From: Candidatus Calescibacterium sp.
Lineage (GTDB): Bacteria > DRYD01
NCBI GenBank assembly: GCA_025059235.1
Contig: JANXCV010000002.1
Span: forward strand, 145,498-209,497
DNA: 64,000 nucleotides
Reading direction: 5' to 3'
Part shown: positions 50,009 to 59,949 of the stretch, one piece after another
How positions within the stretch are numbered: the stretch's first letter is position 1
Layout of the letters: each line of letters starts with the position of its first letter
The notes under the pieces: generated by a model
What the model was told of the DNA's origin: nothing
Seen by the model: only the letters and a program-made list of their open reading frames with translations
Database searches by the model: none
Translations under genes and position numbers: made by a program

Positions 50009-51444
50009 TGAAAGTTGAAGAAATACAAAAAATAGAGGAAAACATATACAAGGTATATAAAGAAGGAATCTCAAGGATACCAGCATTAGTATTTGCTGAT
50101 GAACAAATAATAGAGTCAGTCATTTCTGATCAATCTTTCACTCAGATAGTCAACGTTACCTCTCTGCAGGGAGTTGAATATGTTTTCATTATGCCAGATG
50201 TGCATTGGGGATATGGTTTCCCGATAGGTGCGGTAGCTTGTACAAACTACCATGAGGGTGGTATAATATCTCCCGGTGGAATAGGATTTGATATAAATTG
50301 TGGTGTAAGATTACTTAGAACTAATCTAACTTCCAAGGATCTAACGGAAAATTTAAAAGAAAAATTACTTGATAAACTTTTTGAATACGTGCCATCAGGA
50401 GTTGCTGCTGAAGGAGATATAAGATTATCTAAGTCAGAATTCAAAAAAATCGTCGAGAAAGGATTAAACTGGGCTGTTGAAAACGATATGGCTTCAGAAC
50501 ATGAAATTGAACTTGTCGAAGATAGGGGAGTAAAAGATAACGTAGATATACAAAATGTAAGTACTGAAGCTATAGACAGAGGTAGAACTCAACTGGGAAC
50601 ATTAGGATCAGGTAATCATTTCCTAGAGATCCAAGTTGTTGATAAAATATATGAAGAGAAAGTAGCCAGTGTTTTGGGATTATATGAAAACCAGATTGTT
50701 GTGATGATCCACTGTGGATCTCGAGGATTTGGACATCAAATAGCATCAGATTATATAAATCTCATGCTTAAAAGTATGGATAAATACGGTATAAAAGTTT
50801 CGGATAAACAGCTAGCCTGTGTTCCGGCTATAAGTTCGGAAGGACAGAGATATATAACTGCCATGAATGCTGCAGCAAATTTCGCTCATCTAAACAGGCA
50901 AATAATAACCCACAAAGTTAGAAAAGCCTTTAAACAAGTTTTAGGAAGTAAAATATCTGTGGAGTTAGTATATGATATAAGTCATAACATGGCCACTATA
51001 GAAGATTATAGTATAAACGGTAAGAAGACAAGATTGGTGATGCATAGAAAGGGTGCCACGAGAGCTTTACCTCCATACCATAAGTCACTACCCGATGTAT
51101 ACAAACCGATTGGTCAACCAGTTTTCATACCAGGTGATATGGGAAGATATTCTTTCGTCCTAGTTGGAACACAGAGGGCATATGAATTAACCTGCGGACA
51201 TACTTGCCACGGAGCTGGAAGAGTAAAAAGTAGGAATCAGATGAAAAAGGAAGTAGATTATAACAAGCTACTAGAATTCCTTAGGAACAAAGGAATTTCC
51301 ATCAGAGCCTCTAGTAAAGCTACTGTGGTTGAAGAAGCGCCAGAGGCATATAAAGACGCTTCTTCTGTAGTTGATATAGTCCACAAGGTTGGTATTTCAC
51401 TTATTGTTGCAAGATTAAAACCAATAGGTGTAGTAAAAGGATAA
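50008..51444 (+). CDS. rtcB: RNA ligase RtcB
   Basis: HWGYGFPIGAV, GSGNHFLE and HRKGAT motifs. TAATG overlap with cydB. Confidence 0.85.
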   Translation: MKVEEIQKIEENIYKVYKEGISRIPALVFADEQIIESVISDQSFTQIVNVTSLQGVEYVFIMPDVHWGYGFPIGAVACTNYHEGGIISPGGIGFDINCGVRLLRTNLTSKDLTENLKEKLLDKLFEYVPSGVAAEGDIRLSKSEFKKIVEKGLNWAVENDMASEHEIELVEDRGVKDNVDIQNVSTEAIDRGRTQLGTLGSGNHFLEIQVVDKIYEEKVASVLGLYENQIVVMIHCGSRGFGHQIASDYINLMLKSMDKYGIKVSDKQLACVPAISSEGQRYITAMNAAANFAHLNRQIITHKVRKAFKQVLGSKISVELVYDISHNMATIEDYSINGKKTRLVMHRKGATRALPPYHKSLPDVYKPIGQPVFIPGDMGRYSFVLVGTQRAYELTCGHTCHGAGRVKSRNQMKKEVDYNKLLEFLRNKGISIRASSKATVVEEAPEAYKDASSVVDIVHKVGISLIVARLKPIGVVKG

Positions 51445-51467
51445 GAAAGGACAAAAGGAGGATAAAG

Positions 51468-53225
51468 ATGGATTATGTATGGAAAATTTCTGGAGAACAA
51501 GGAGAAGGTATAGACTCTACAGGACACATATTCTCTTTTAACGTATTCAAAAACGGTTTTGAATTAGCTACATATAGAAAATACTCTTCAAGAATAAAGG
51601 GAGGGAATACAACCTTTGAAGTAAGATTTTCAAATAAACCAGTTTTTGCGAGAATGAAAAAAGTGGATGTGCTAGTAGCTCTTGATAGCAAAGCCATAGT
51701 TGTTTCAAGGGAACAGATAAAACCTAACACGTTCGTAATAGTTGACCCTGAATCGAATGTTCAAGATCTTGACCAAACCGAGTGTATAAAATTGTATATC
51801 CCTTTATCTAAAATAGCGAAGGAATTAACGGGTACTACTCTTTCTAAGAACATGGTTGCCCTTGGAGCTTCTATAGCCCTCTTCGAAAACATGGAATATT
51901 CTTATGTCATGAAACAGATAGAAAGAAGGTTCTCTAAGAAATCTCAGGAAGTGGTTGAAAAAAATAAGCAATGTTTCTATGAGGGGTATAGGATTGCAAA
52001 GAGTTTCTTGGAATCTAATTCATTATCTGCTTTAAAGTTAGAGAAGAGATCTGGTAGGGACGGAGTAAAAAGAATGTTAATGAGTGGTAACGAGGCTTTA
52101 TCGTTGGGAGCTCTTGCAGCTGGGTGCAAATATTTTGCCGGCTACCCAATAACTCCAGCAAGTAGTATTCTGGAATTTATGATAAGGAACATAGGTAGCT
52201 TTGGAGGTGTTGCAGTTCAGACTGAAGATGAAATTTCTGCGATAAACTCTTGTATCGGTGCTTCATTAGCTGGAGTGAGAGCTATGACCGCTACCTCGGG
52301 ACCAGGTTTTTCTCTTATGACAGAAGCAATAGGATATGCTTATATGACAGAGACACCTATAGTGATAGCAAATATCCAAAGAGGAGGACCTTCTACGGGA
52401 TTACCCACTAAAACTGAAGACGGAGATATATTTATGGCTGTTTTTGCAGGACATGGAGATGTAGAAAAAATAGTCATTTTCCCGACCAATCCCTTTGAAA
52501 TGTTCATGTACACTTTTGAGGCATTTAACTTAGCGGAAAAGTATCAGCTTCCTGTTATAATCCTTTCTGATCTGAATCTCGGCGAGAACATGTATACTAC
52601 CATGTCTATCTCTGATACAATGATTGATTATCTTGAAATCAATAGGGGGAAATACATTGACTCTGAGGTGGATACGAAGATAAATAGATATGAAATTACA
52701 GAGGATGGTATAAGTTATAGAATAGTTCCTTCTGTCAAGGGTCTCCAATTCCAAACTTCAGGAAATGAACACGATGAAAAAGGTTTCATAACAGAAAACG
52801 CTCAGACCAGAAAATCTATGGTAGAGAAAAGGATGAGAAAACTCTCTAATTTTCAGCAATATTTCTTTGGATTTGAAGATATTGGATATAATCCCAGAAC
52901 ATGTATTGTAGCTTACGGAATAAACTACCACTGTGTAAGAGAAGTATGTATGGAACTATTCAATAGAGAAAAGTATAGTTTTAGAATTATAAAACCTATA
53001 GTATTTTATCCTTTTCCAATAGACCAGATTGAAAAGTTGGTATCTAACATGGATAATTTGATATTTGTTGAGCAGAATTATCATGGTCAATTTAGAAGGT
53101 TATACTATATGTTTGGCGGTAAGAAAGATAGTCTGCTTATTAATAAATACGATGGTGAACCTTTCTTTTTTGAAGAGCTATACGATAAAATAAAACAATT
53201 GGTTAACGAGTATTCCGAAGTTTAG
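51468..53225 (+). CDS. korA: 2-oxoacid:ferredoxin oxidoreductase, fused gamma-alpha subunit
   Basis: N-terminal gamma-domain (about 180 aa), then the alpha-subunit GNEALSLGALAAGCKYFAGYPITPAS. No beta (TPP-binding) subunit gene is adjacent. Confidence 0.7.
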   Translation: MDYVWKISGEQGEGIDSTGHIFSFNVFKNGFELATYRKYSSRIKGGNTTFEVRFSNKPVFARMKKVDVLVALDSKAIVVSREQIKPNTFVIVDPESNVQDLDQTECIKLYIPLSKIAKELTGTTLSKNMVALGASIALFENMEYSYVMKQIERRFSKKSQEVVEKNKQCFYEGYRIAKSFLESNSLSALKLEKRSGRDGVKRMLMSGNEALSLGALAAGCKYFAGYPITPASSILEFMIRNIGSFGGVAVQTEDEISAINSCIGASLAGVRAMTATSGPGFSLMTEAIGYAYMTETPIVIANIQRGGPSTGLPTKTEDGDIFMAVFAGHGDVEKIVIFPTNPFEMFMYTFEAFNLAEKYQLPVIILSDLNLGENMYTTMSISDTMIDYLEINRGKYIDSEVDTKINRYEITEDGISYRIVPSVKGLQFQTSGNEHDEKGFITENAQTRKSMVEKRMRKLSNFQQYFFGFEDIGYNPRTCIVAYGINYHCVREVCMELFNREKYSFRIIKPIVFYPFPIDQIEKLVSNMDNLIFVEQNYHGQFRRLYYMFGGKKDSLLINKYDGEPFFFEELYDKIKQLVNEYSEV

Positions 53226-53248
53226 TTTTAAGTATAATTAGTATTTTT

Positions 53249-54031
53249 ATGAAGATCTATTTTTTATCTATCTTTCCCGATGTAGTTTTTTCTATTTCTC
53301 GAGGTATTTCGATGATAAAGAGAGCTTTGAAGAAAGGATTGATTTCATTGGAAGTTGTTAACATAAGAGATTTTGCTAAGGGAAAACAGAAACAGGTAGA
53401 TGATTACGTATTTGGATTAGGTAAAGGGATGATGTTAAGACTGGATGTAGTATTAAGAGCTTTAAATTTCGCTAGAAATAATTTAAACAATCCGTATGTT
53501 ATATTGGCTTCTCCTCGTGGACAGGTTTTAAATAAACATATGATCTGTGATCTAGCAAAGATGGATGAATTTATTTTCATTTGTCCTAATTATGAGGGAA
53601 TAGACGATAGAATTCTTGGATTCATAAATGAGGAAATATCGATTGGTAATTATGTAATTAGTTCTGGAGAGTTAGCTTCTTTTGTAATCCTCGAATCGAT
53701 TATTAGATTCAAATTTTCAAATGGATCTCTGATACAAAGGGAAAATCTTTTTGATGATAGTTTTAATTATATGGGAATGGATTTTTTGTTAGAGCCTTTA
53801 CAATATACTCGTCCACGAGAAGTAGAAATAAATAATAGGTTGATTAAAGTAGATAGTTTGCTTTATTCAGGGGATCATGAGAAAATAAAAAATTTCTTAC
53901 TTAGAGAAGCTATTAGTATGACAATATATAAGAAGCCTGATTTATTTAAGTTTTTTCTTAATAAGTATTCTGAAAAGATAGATAAGAGGGTATTGTATGA
54001 TGCTGTGATGGATTCGATAATACCGTCATGA
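53249..54031 (+). CDS. trmD: tRNA (guanine37-N1)-methyltransferase
   Basis: MKIYFLSIFPDV, ICPNYEGIDDRI and ISIGNYVISSGE motifs of the TrmD SPOUT fold. Confidence 0.8.
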   Translation: MKIYFLSIFPDVVFSISRGISMIKRALKKGLISLEVVNIRDFAKGKQKQVDDYVFGLGKGMMLRLDVVLRALNFARNNLNNPYVILASPRGQVLNKHMICDLAKMDEFIFICPNYEGIDDRILGFINEEISIGNYVISSGELASFVILESIIRFKFSNGSLIQRENLFDDSFNYMGMDFLLEPLQYTRPREVEINNRLIKVDSLLYSGDHEKIKNFLLREAISMTIYKKPDLFKFFLNKYSEKIDKRVLYDAVMDSIIPS

Positions 54032-55626
54032 TATTTTTTTTAGTAGGTGCTAGATTTGCCTTGGAAATTCCCACAGAAAATATTCCAGAATTCAATCCTA
54101 ATAAAATCTATGTTATAAAATTTAAAAATATTTATTTTCTTGGATTTTTTATGAAAACTAAAAAAAACCTGGAAAGAAAGTTAATAAATGTGAGAAAAAT
54201 TAATTTTATTGATTTTTTGATAATACCGAATTGGCAACTTATTCTATCAGATTTTGAGAGCTTGATTAACAGTTTGCCTAATGAAAAAAAAAGTGTTTTT
54301 AGGTATATGTACTTGGGACTAGAAAAGATTGCACTTACTCTTGTAAAATATGAGGACATACTTAAAATATACGTTAACGGCATCATTGAGAATTATTCTT
54401 TTAACAAAAAGATTCAGATAGAATCAGTAGAACATAACTACCTTGATAAACGGACTTGCTTTTCCATAAAAGCTTCAAAAAATATGCTTAAATCTGATAA
54501 CTTAAAGAAAATTATAAGGTATTTCCAGAAAAAATTAGGAAAGAGAATCAAGTATGAAATTGGATATCGTTTTGAGTTTTCGGAAAATGTTTTTACCCAA
54601 GAGGTGTGTAAAAATAGTTATAAGATTTTTGATTTTATTCATAAAAAACAAAAGCTAACTGATAATACAAGTACTTTGGTTTTAGTTCATGATTTGGAAA
54701 AGATTATATCACGGAATGGAAGTTTGCAGTACGATGGAAACGTATGGATAAATAATCTTGTTGCAAATAATCAAAGAAGGAATTATATTTTTCCGCTATG
54801 GGGCATAATTTTATCGGCATTTTTTGAAAATGTGGTTTTAGATTATTTCCCCGGTTTTTCTATGTTCTATAATTTCTTACATGAAACAAAATCTAACGTG
54901 ATTTTCCATTCTTTTCTTCCAGTCTATGGTAATTATAAAAATTATTTACTTGCGAATAAACACGTGTACTTGCAAGATTTTGAAAAAATAAGACAGAAAT
55001 TAGTTTTTGAAAATTTCTCATTGAAGGATTTGAAGAATTATTTGGCTACCATAGTCAATGATGCGGAAGTAGTATTTTATTCTTTTTATGATGCATTTTA
55101 CAAATTTTACTGTGGGTATTGTGGTAATATTCCTTTTTGTGAAATGTGTAAAAGTAAACTAACTGTTTCTAGACAAAATCTAGATGATATAAACAAAATT
55201 AAACTAGTATGTAAGAAGTGTAAGGTGAAATATGATACCTTTAATTGTCAATACTGTGGGAAATACCTTTGGAAACTATGGAAGAGGAAATACAAAGAAG
55301 AGATGAGCAACTATAACACGATATTCATTAATTTTTTGCCTTCTGATTTTTCCTCTTACTTGAAAGGTAAAGATTATATCGTTGTATTAGATTATTTTTC
55401 TTTGTATAAACCATTTGTTTTAAAAGAGCTCAATATATGGTATTTATTGTTCAAGATAATTAACGAATTGAATGTAAAAAATATATTTTTTGTTAACGCT
55501 GAAGAATTTAATGTTTTTGAGTATTTTCATAATTTTGTGTATTCTGATAGAAAGGATGTGATTATTGATAGATTGGTTGATTTGATAGAGATGGAGAGAA
55601 AGATCATGTCTTTATCATGGATGTAG
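54028..55626 (+). CDS. Hypothetical 532-aa protein with C-proximal tandem CxxC zinc-ribbon motifs
   Basis: CGYCGN...CEMCK...CKKCK...CQYCGK cluster; no helicase or NTPase motifs. Confidence 0.45.
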   Translation: MIFFLVGARFALEIPTENIPEFNPNKIYVIKFKNIYFLGFFMKTKKNLERKLINVRKINFIDFLIIPNWQLILSDFESLINSLPNEKKSVFRYMYLGLEKIALTLVKYEDILKIYVNGIIENYSFNKKIQIESVEHNYLDKRTCFSIKASKNMLKSDNLKKIIRYFQKKLGKRIKYEIGYRFEFSENVFTQEVCKNSYKIFDFIHKKQKLTDNTSTLVLVHDLEKIISRNGSLQYDGNVWINNLVANNQRRNYIFPLWGIILSAFFENVVLDYFPGFSMFYNFLHETKSNVIFHSFLPVYGNYKNYLLANKHVYLQDFEKIRQKLVFENFSLKDLKNYLATIVNDAEVVFYSFYDAFYKFYCGYCGNIPFCEMCKSKLTVSRQNLDDINKIKLVCKKCKVKYDTFNCQYCGKYLWKLWKRKYKEEMSNYNTIFINFLPSDFSSYLKGKDYIVVLDYFSLYKPFVLKELNIWYLLFKIINELNVKNIFFVNAEEFNVFEYFHNFVYSDRKDVIIDRLVDLIEMERKIMSLSWM

Positions 55627-57562
55627 TTTGTATGATTTGTTCTATGTTAGGGTTTATAATTTTTTGTTTGAATATTTTGTCATGGATGTTCAGGAAGTAA
55701 TGGAATTCGGTATGATTTTCTTTTTTTTGGCAGCAGGCACCAAGAGGGAAGGAACATCCGAGGTTAAGTAATCCCATGAAGTACCTTTCTAGGTTTGTTT
55801 CTTCTCTGTATGTTGGGTTGTCGAGTTTTCGCATTAGTTCTGTTAAGAAACTTTGTTTACGTGTTTGTATTGCTATTGCTCCTTGGCCTGGTGCGGGAAC
55901 CATTTCATCTATTGGGAAAATGTAAGATATGAGTTTTTCTAGGTTTAATCTTTTGATTGCTGCGAGAGCAAGAATAATTCCGTCATATTGACCTTCAAAA
56001 AGTTTTCTTATGCGTGTATCTACGTTTCCCCTTAGATCTTTTACGATTATATCTTTTCTGAGAATTTCTAGTTGTTTTCTTCTACGTAAACTGGAGGTAC
56101 CGATTACTGAATTGGGTTTCATTTCCCAGAAATTCTTACCATCTCGTGTTATTAGGACGTCATTCGGTTCTGATCTTAAAGGTATAGCTGCTACTTCCAG
56201 ATAGTTATTGATTTGATAGGGAATGTCTTTTAAGCTATGTACGGCTATATCTATTTCTTCTCTTATCAGAGCTTCTTCCAGTTCTTTTACGAATGAGTTA
56301 GAGGTGTATATGTTTTTATCTCCGCTTGTTTTTATTATTTCGGTGGAGAATTCAAATTCTGGGAAGTTAAGTTTAAGTAGACTAAGTATTTCCTCTGTCT
56401 GAGCTAAAGCTAGTCTTGATCCTCTTGTACCTACAATTATTTTGCGTTTCTGACTTTGAATGTATAATTCTTTTATCTTCTTAATTGGTTCTTCTAGGGT
56501 TTGATTTACTATTTTTTGGTTTATATATTTGAAAAATTCTTTTATTTCTTTTTCATCTTCAGTTTTGATGATAGACATTAGTTCCTTGTAGTATTGGTTT
56601 ATTTTTTCTTCAGCTATTTCTAGAGGAATTTTATAGAATTTCTTAATAATTGCTTTTAAATCTAATATTATGATTTTGTCAATAAATTCATTGACTTTTT
56701 GGTTGAGGAAATCGTGTATTATCAATTCATCGGAATATACATTTGTTTGTTTTTCTCTTAAACCATCTAGATCGATATAGTTGCTAGTTATTTGAGAATC
56801 GATACTTCGGGGAACTGATAGATCAAATATGATTGATCCATAGGGTATACGTGATTTCTTATCTATTATAGGTTCTGAAGTATTGGTAGCTGATATTATG
56901 ATACATTTGTCTTGAATTTCACCTAATTTTTGGTGGATCAGTTTTTTAGGATAGGCTTTCTTATTGTTGTCGGAAAAAATAAGAATATTCTTGAAATGAT
57001 TTTTAATTATTTTGTGGATTGACTTATTGAGTATTCCATAACCTATCAGGATTACTGGTATTTCACTGGGTAAGTTTTTTATTCTTTGCCATACTATATT
57101 TGCAAGGTTCTGTTTTTGTCTTTTTATTTTGGGTAATATGCTGGTATGAAATTCTTTATGAACGGTAAATGAGAAGTTAATCATTTGATCAAGTATTTGT
57201 CCGACGAAGCTTTTTTGACTTTTGTAGTATTGCTTTATTTGATGTATAATATCTGTTTCTGCAAATACTTGTGATTCTAGACCGCAGGCTACTTTGAAGA
57301 AGTGTTTTATAGCTTCTATTCCTTTTCTTGATTTGCAATGAACTTTTGGAAACAGAATGTTCTGGATTTCTGTTGGTTCTCCATCTATAAAGTATATTGA
57401 TACCCTATTACATGTAGATAGAATGAAGAAGGATTCAGTTAATTTTTGTATTTTGTTGCCGATTTCAACTATCTTGTCTATAGATATGAAATACTTCTCT
57501 CTTATGTCAAGAGGAAAATCTTTGTCTATTTCTAAGTTGTGTATTTTATGGATTGCTACCAT
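55604..57562 (-). CDS. hemA-hemC: Apparent in-frame fusion of glutamyl-tRNA reductase (HemA, aa 1 to about 365) and hydroxymethylbilane synthase (HemC, aa about 395 to 652)
   Basis: HemA motifs LSTCNRVSIY and GLESQV...IIHQIK, plus the NADP-domain layout. HemC motifs VGTRGSRLALAQT, TSGDK, IDIAVHSLKDIP, GTSSLRRRKQL, APGQGAIAI, and the cofactor Cys in LNLGCSFPLGACC. Single uninterrupted 1959-nt ORF. Confidence 0.65.
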   Translation of the reverse strand: MVAIHKIHNLEIDKDFPLDIREKYFISIDKIVEIGNKIQKLTESFFILSTCNRVSIYFIDGEPTEIQNILFPKVHCKSRKGIEAIKHFFKVACGLESQVFAETDIIHQIKQYYKSQKSFVGQILDQMINFSFTVHKEFHTSILPKIKRQKQNLANIVWQRIKNLPSEIPVILIGYGILNKSIHKIIKNHFKNILIFSDNNKKAYPKKLIHQKLGEIQDKCIIISATNTSEPIIDKKSRIPYGSIIFDLSVPRSIDSQITSNYIDLDGLREKQTNVYSDELIIHDFLNQKVNEFIDKIIILDLKAIIKKFYKIPLEIAEEKINQYYKELMSIIKTEDEKEIKEFFKYINQKIVNQTLEEPIKKIKELYIQSQKRKIIVGTRGSRLALAQTEEILSLLKLNFPEFEFSTEIIKTSGDKNIYTSNSFVKELEEALIREEIDIAVHSLKDIPYQINNYLEVAAIPLRSEPNDVLITRDGKNFWEMKPNSVIGTSSLRRRKQLEILRKDIIVKDLRGNVDTRIRKLFEGQYDGIILALAAIKRLNLEKLISYIFPIDEMVPAPGQGAIAIQTRKQSFLTELMRKLDNPTYREETNLERYFMGLLNLGCSFPLGACCQKKENHTEFHYFLNIHDKIFKQKIINPNIEQIIQTTSMIKT

Positions 57563-57749
57563 TATCTTACTAATAAAATTATTTTTTGTTCTGCTTAAAC
57601 CTTTTATTTCCTGGAATCCCCACTGATCATGAGTTTCATTGTGCGAAGTTTGGATTAGAGTTTGAAAAGTGGATAAATAATGGAATTTAAAAAAACCCCT
57701 CGTTATTAATTGTCATCCTCAGAACCCTGATCAGTATTACCAAGACACT

Positions 57750-58325
57750 ATGCCTTCATATATGTGGATAAGGGAGTTTGATTTAGAGAAAAGTAAAGAG
57801 AAAATAGCTAAATTCTATACAGATAAAATTAAATTTTCTTCATATCCTTTGCGTGACGAAGAGAAGGATGCAATCATGAAAAACATAGTATCAAATTTTC
57901 CCAGGAATGCTTATATAGTATCAACTGATAACACCAGAGTATTAATAACTCAAAATGATAAGGTAAAGAGTGAATTATCCAGTGTTGGAAATGACATCAG
58001 TAAATTAAAACCTGGATCTCTACTATACCAAGCTATATCTACTGCTTACAACATAGAAAAAAACATTTCTAGATGGATGAAAACTATGAATATAAATAGG
58101 GTAGATTTATTAAGAGGAGAAGATATAAAGGTGGATATGTTGGGAAGTATTTATACCAAGGATTTCATGGAAAATGAATTAGATAACTCTTATGGCTCTT
58201 CAATTGTCTTTGGTACCTTTATTTCCCACAAAGACAATAAAGTTTACAACACTGCTCAAGACATTGATATTGTTATTCGTAAAGTAAGCAATCTGATTTT
58301 GAATAATCTAAGGCCTATGTATTAG
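57750..58325 (+). CDS. Hypothetical protein
   Basis: 191-aa ORF; no recognisable motif. Confidence 0.4.
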   Translation: MPSYMWIREFDLEKSKEKIAKFYTDKIKFSSYPLRDEEKDAIMKNIVSNFPRNAYIVSTDNTRVLITQNDKVKSELSSVGNDISKLKPGSLLYQAISTAYNIEKNISRWMKTMNINRVDLLRGEDIKVDMLGSIYTKDFMENELDNSYGSSIVFGTFISHKDNKVYNTAQDIDIVIRKVSNLILNNLRPMY

Positions 58326-58492
58326 TATAACATTTTCGATTTTGAAAGCCGAGCTATTCGCGAAGCTTTCAGTGATATTAATGCTTTTTTACATGCTGCA
58401 ATGGATAGGAATGTAAAGGTTAAGCCAGAACATCTAGATAAACCAAATCCCATCTCTTCAATCGGTGAATACATAGGTTAGCTTCCCCAACT

Positions 58493-58912
58493 ATGCCAAA
58501 ATTCTACAAATCTATAATCATTGCCGATATCATGTATAATAATTCTAAATTGTCAAAATACCTTATCAAAGCTGCAAATGAAAGCAAATTATTAAACACT
58601 TCTATAGAGCAAATTCAAAACGAAATTAGCAATTCCAGATCTCTAGATGTATCAGAAATAAAGCAAGTAATAGAAAAAATTAGAGAAGAAGAAAGAAAAG
58701 AAATAATGGAAAGATTATCCAAATCCAACTCAAAGCTATCTGAAGCAGAGAAAGAAGAATTAATAAGAACGGAATTATTAATGAGATTACGAGCAATCGG
58801 AGCACCCGAACCAACAAAAACGATAACAAGGACATTGCAAGAACTTATAAAAGCCAAATTTCCTGAAGTTTATAATCCTAATGTATGGACGTTAAAATCT
58901 ACCCAGGAATAA
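58493..58912 (+). CDS. Hypothetical K/E-rich coiled-coil protein
   Basis: 139-aa ORF. Confidence 0.35.
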   Translation: MPKFYKSIIIADIMYNNSKLSKYLIKAANESKLLNTSIEQIQNEISNSRSLDVSEIKQVIEKIREEERKEIMERLSKSNSKLSEAEKEELIRTELLMRLRAIGAPEPTKTITRTLQELIKAKFPEVYNPNVWTLKSTQE

Positions 58913-59109
58913 ATAACCACCTGCTGACTATAGAAGCCACATATGTTTATAGAAGAGATCAAGAATATGGAACTATATACGGTGGGGTTTTATTAGTATT
59001 CGACGATAATCTGAATCTAGTTTACTCACGCATAGAAAAACCATCTATTGAAAGGGTGGCCAAGACGAAAGATTACATGGATTTCGTAGAATATAATATA
59101 AATTATTGA
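58885..59109 (+). CDS. Hypothetical small protein
   Basis: 74-aa ORF overlapping the upstream ORF. Confidence 0.2.
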   Translation: MDVKIYPGINNHLLTIEATYVYRRDQEYGTIYGGVLLVFDDNLNLVYSRIEKPSIERVAKTKDYMDFVEYNINY

Positions 59110-59379
59110 GGGATTAATGTTGGATAATGATAATATAAATCAAGGTTAGAAAGAGATGAGGGATGAAGTGGGAGTGAGTTTTTCTCTCCCATCTCATTTT
59201 TTGCTCAATTTTTAGGTCTGTTGTTACGTCCAGTATTAGTTTGGTTTAAACATGTTTTTCGGGGCTTTGTGATGATTTAGATATATAAGTTGCTCTGATG
59301 TCAGAGTTAGTTGAGTATACAGGTTGCTTCTTATTATACAGAAGAGTCTCAGTGGTTCTTGTAGTATTTAAATAATATA

Positions 59380-59949
59380 GTGAAAAGTACATGGTTTTTC
59401 TTTGAAGTAGCTATATTTTTTCTGATCTTATTTGTTTTATTTATATTTTTCAATATGTTTTTCAAGGAGATTCAGATGGAGGAGGGTATATATAAAAGCA
59501 AGACTGTTCTACCTTCCTTTATGGGTAATTCTGTCATGGTAACTTTGGGCAAAGATAGAGATAAGATGAAATTTTTTTTCGGAATATCCGAAGCAAGAAT
59601 GACTGTAAAAAAAGATAATCTCAATATCTATGTAGACATTAACCTAGAAAAATTATGCAACTATGATATTTCTTGGTATAAGTATCTGTTGGTCAAGAAG
59701 AATATTAGTGAAAATAGTATTTTAAGTGTACATGTAAGCAACAGTAATTCGGAAATTTTTTATGATGGTAAAATATATAAATCCTATTGTGATTTGCAGT
59801 TGAAACCTTATGAATTAATGGGTAAGAAATTTGTTCGTATTATTGCTAGCATTTATTTAACTAATAAAGGGTTTTTGGACGATGAAAAGAAAATATATAT
59901 AGAAAATATAAAGCTTAGACTCAATTTACTAAAAGTTAGAAATGAGTAA
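59380..59949 (+). CDS. Hypothetical protein with an N-terminal TM helix
   Basis: 189-aa ORF. Confidence 0.4.
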   Translation: MKSTWFFFEVAIFFLILFVLFIFFNMFFKEIQMEEGIYKSKTVLPSFMGNSVMVTLGKDRDKMKFFFGISEARMTVKKDNLNIYVDINLEKLCNYDISWYKYLLVKKNISENSILSVHVSNSNSEIFYDGKIYKSYCDLQLKPYELMGKKFVRIIASIYLTNKGFLDDEKKIYIENIKLRLNLLKVRNE

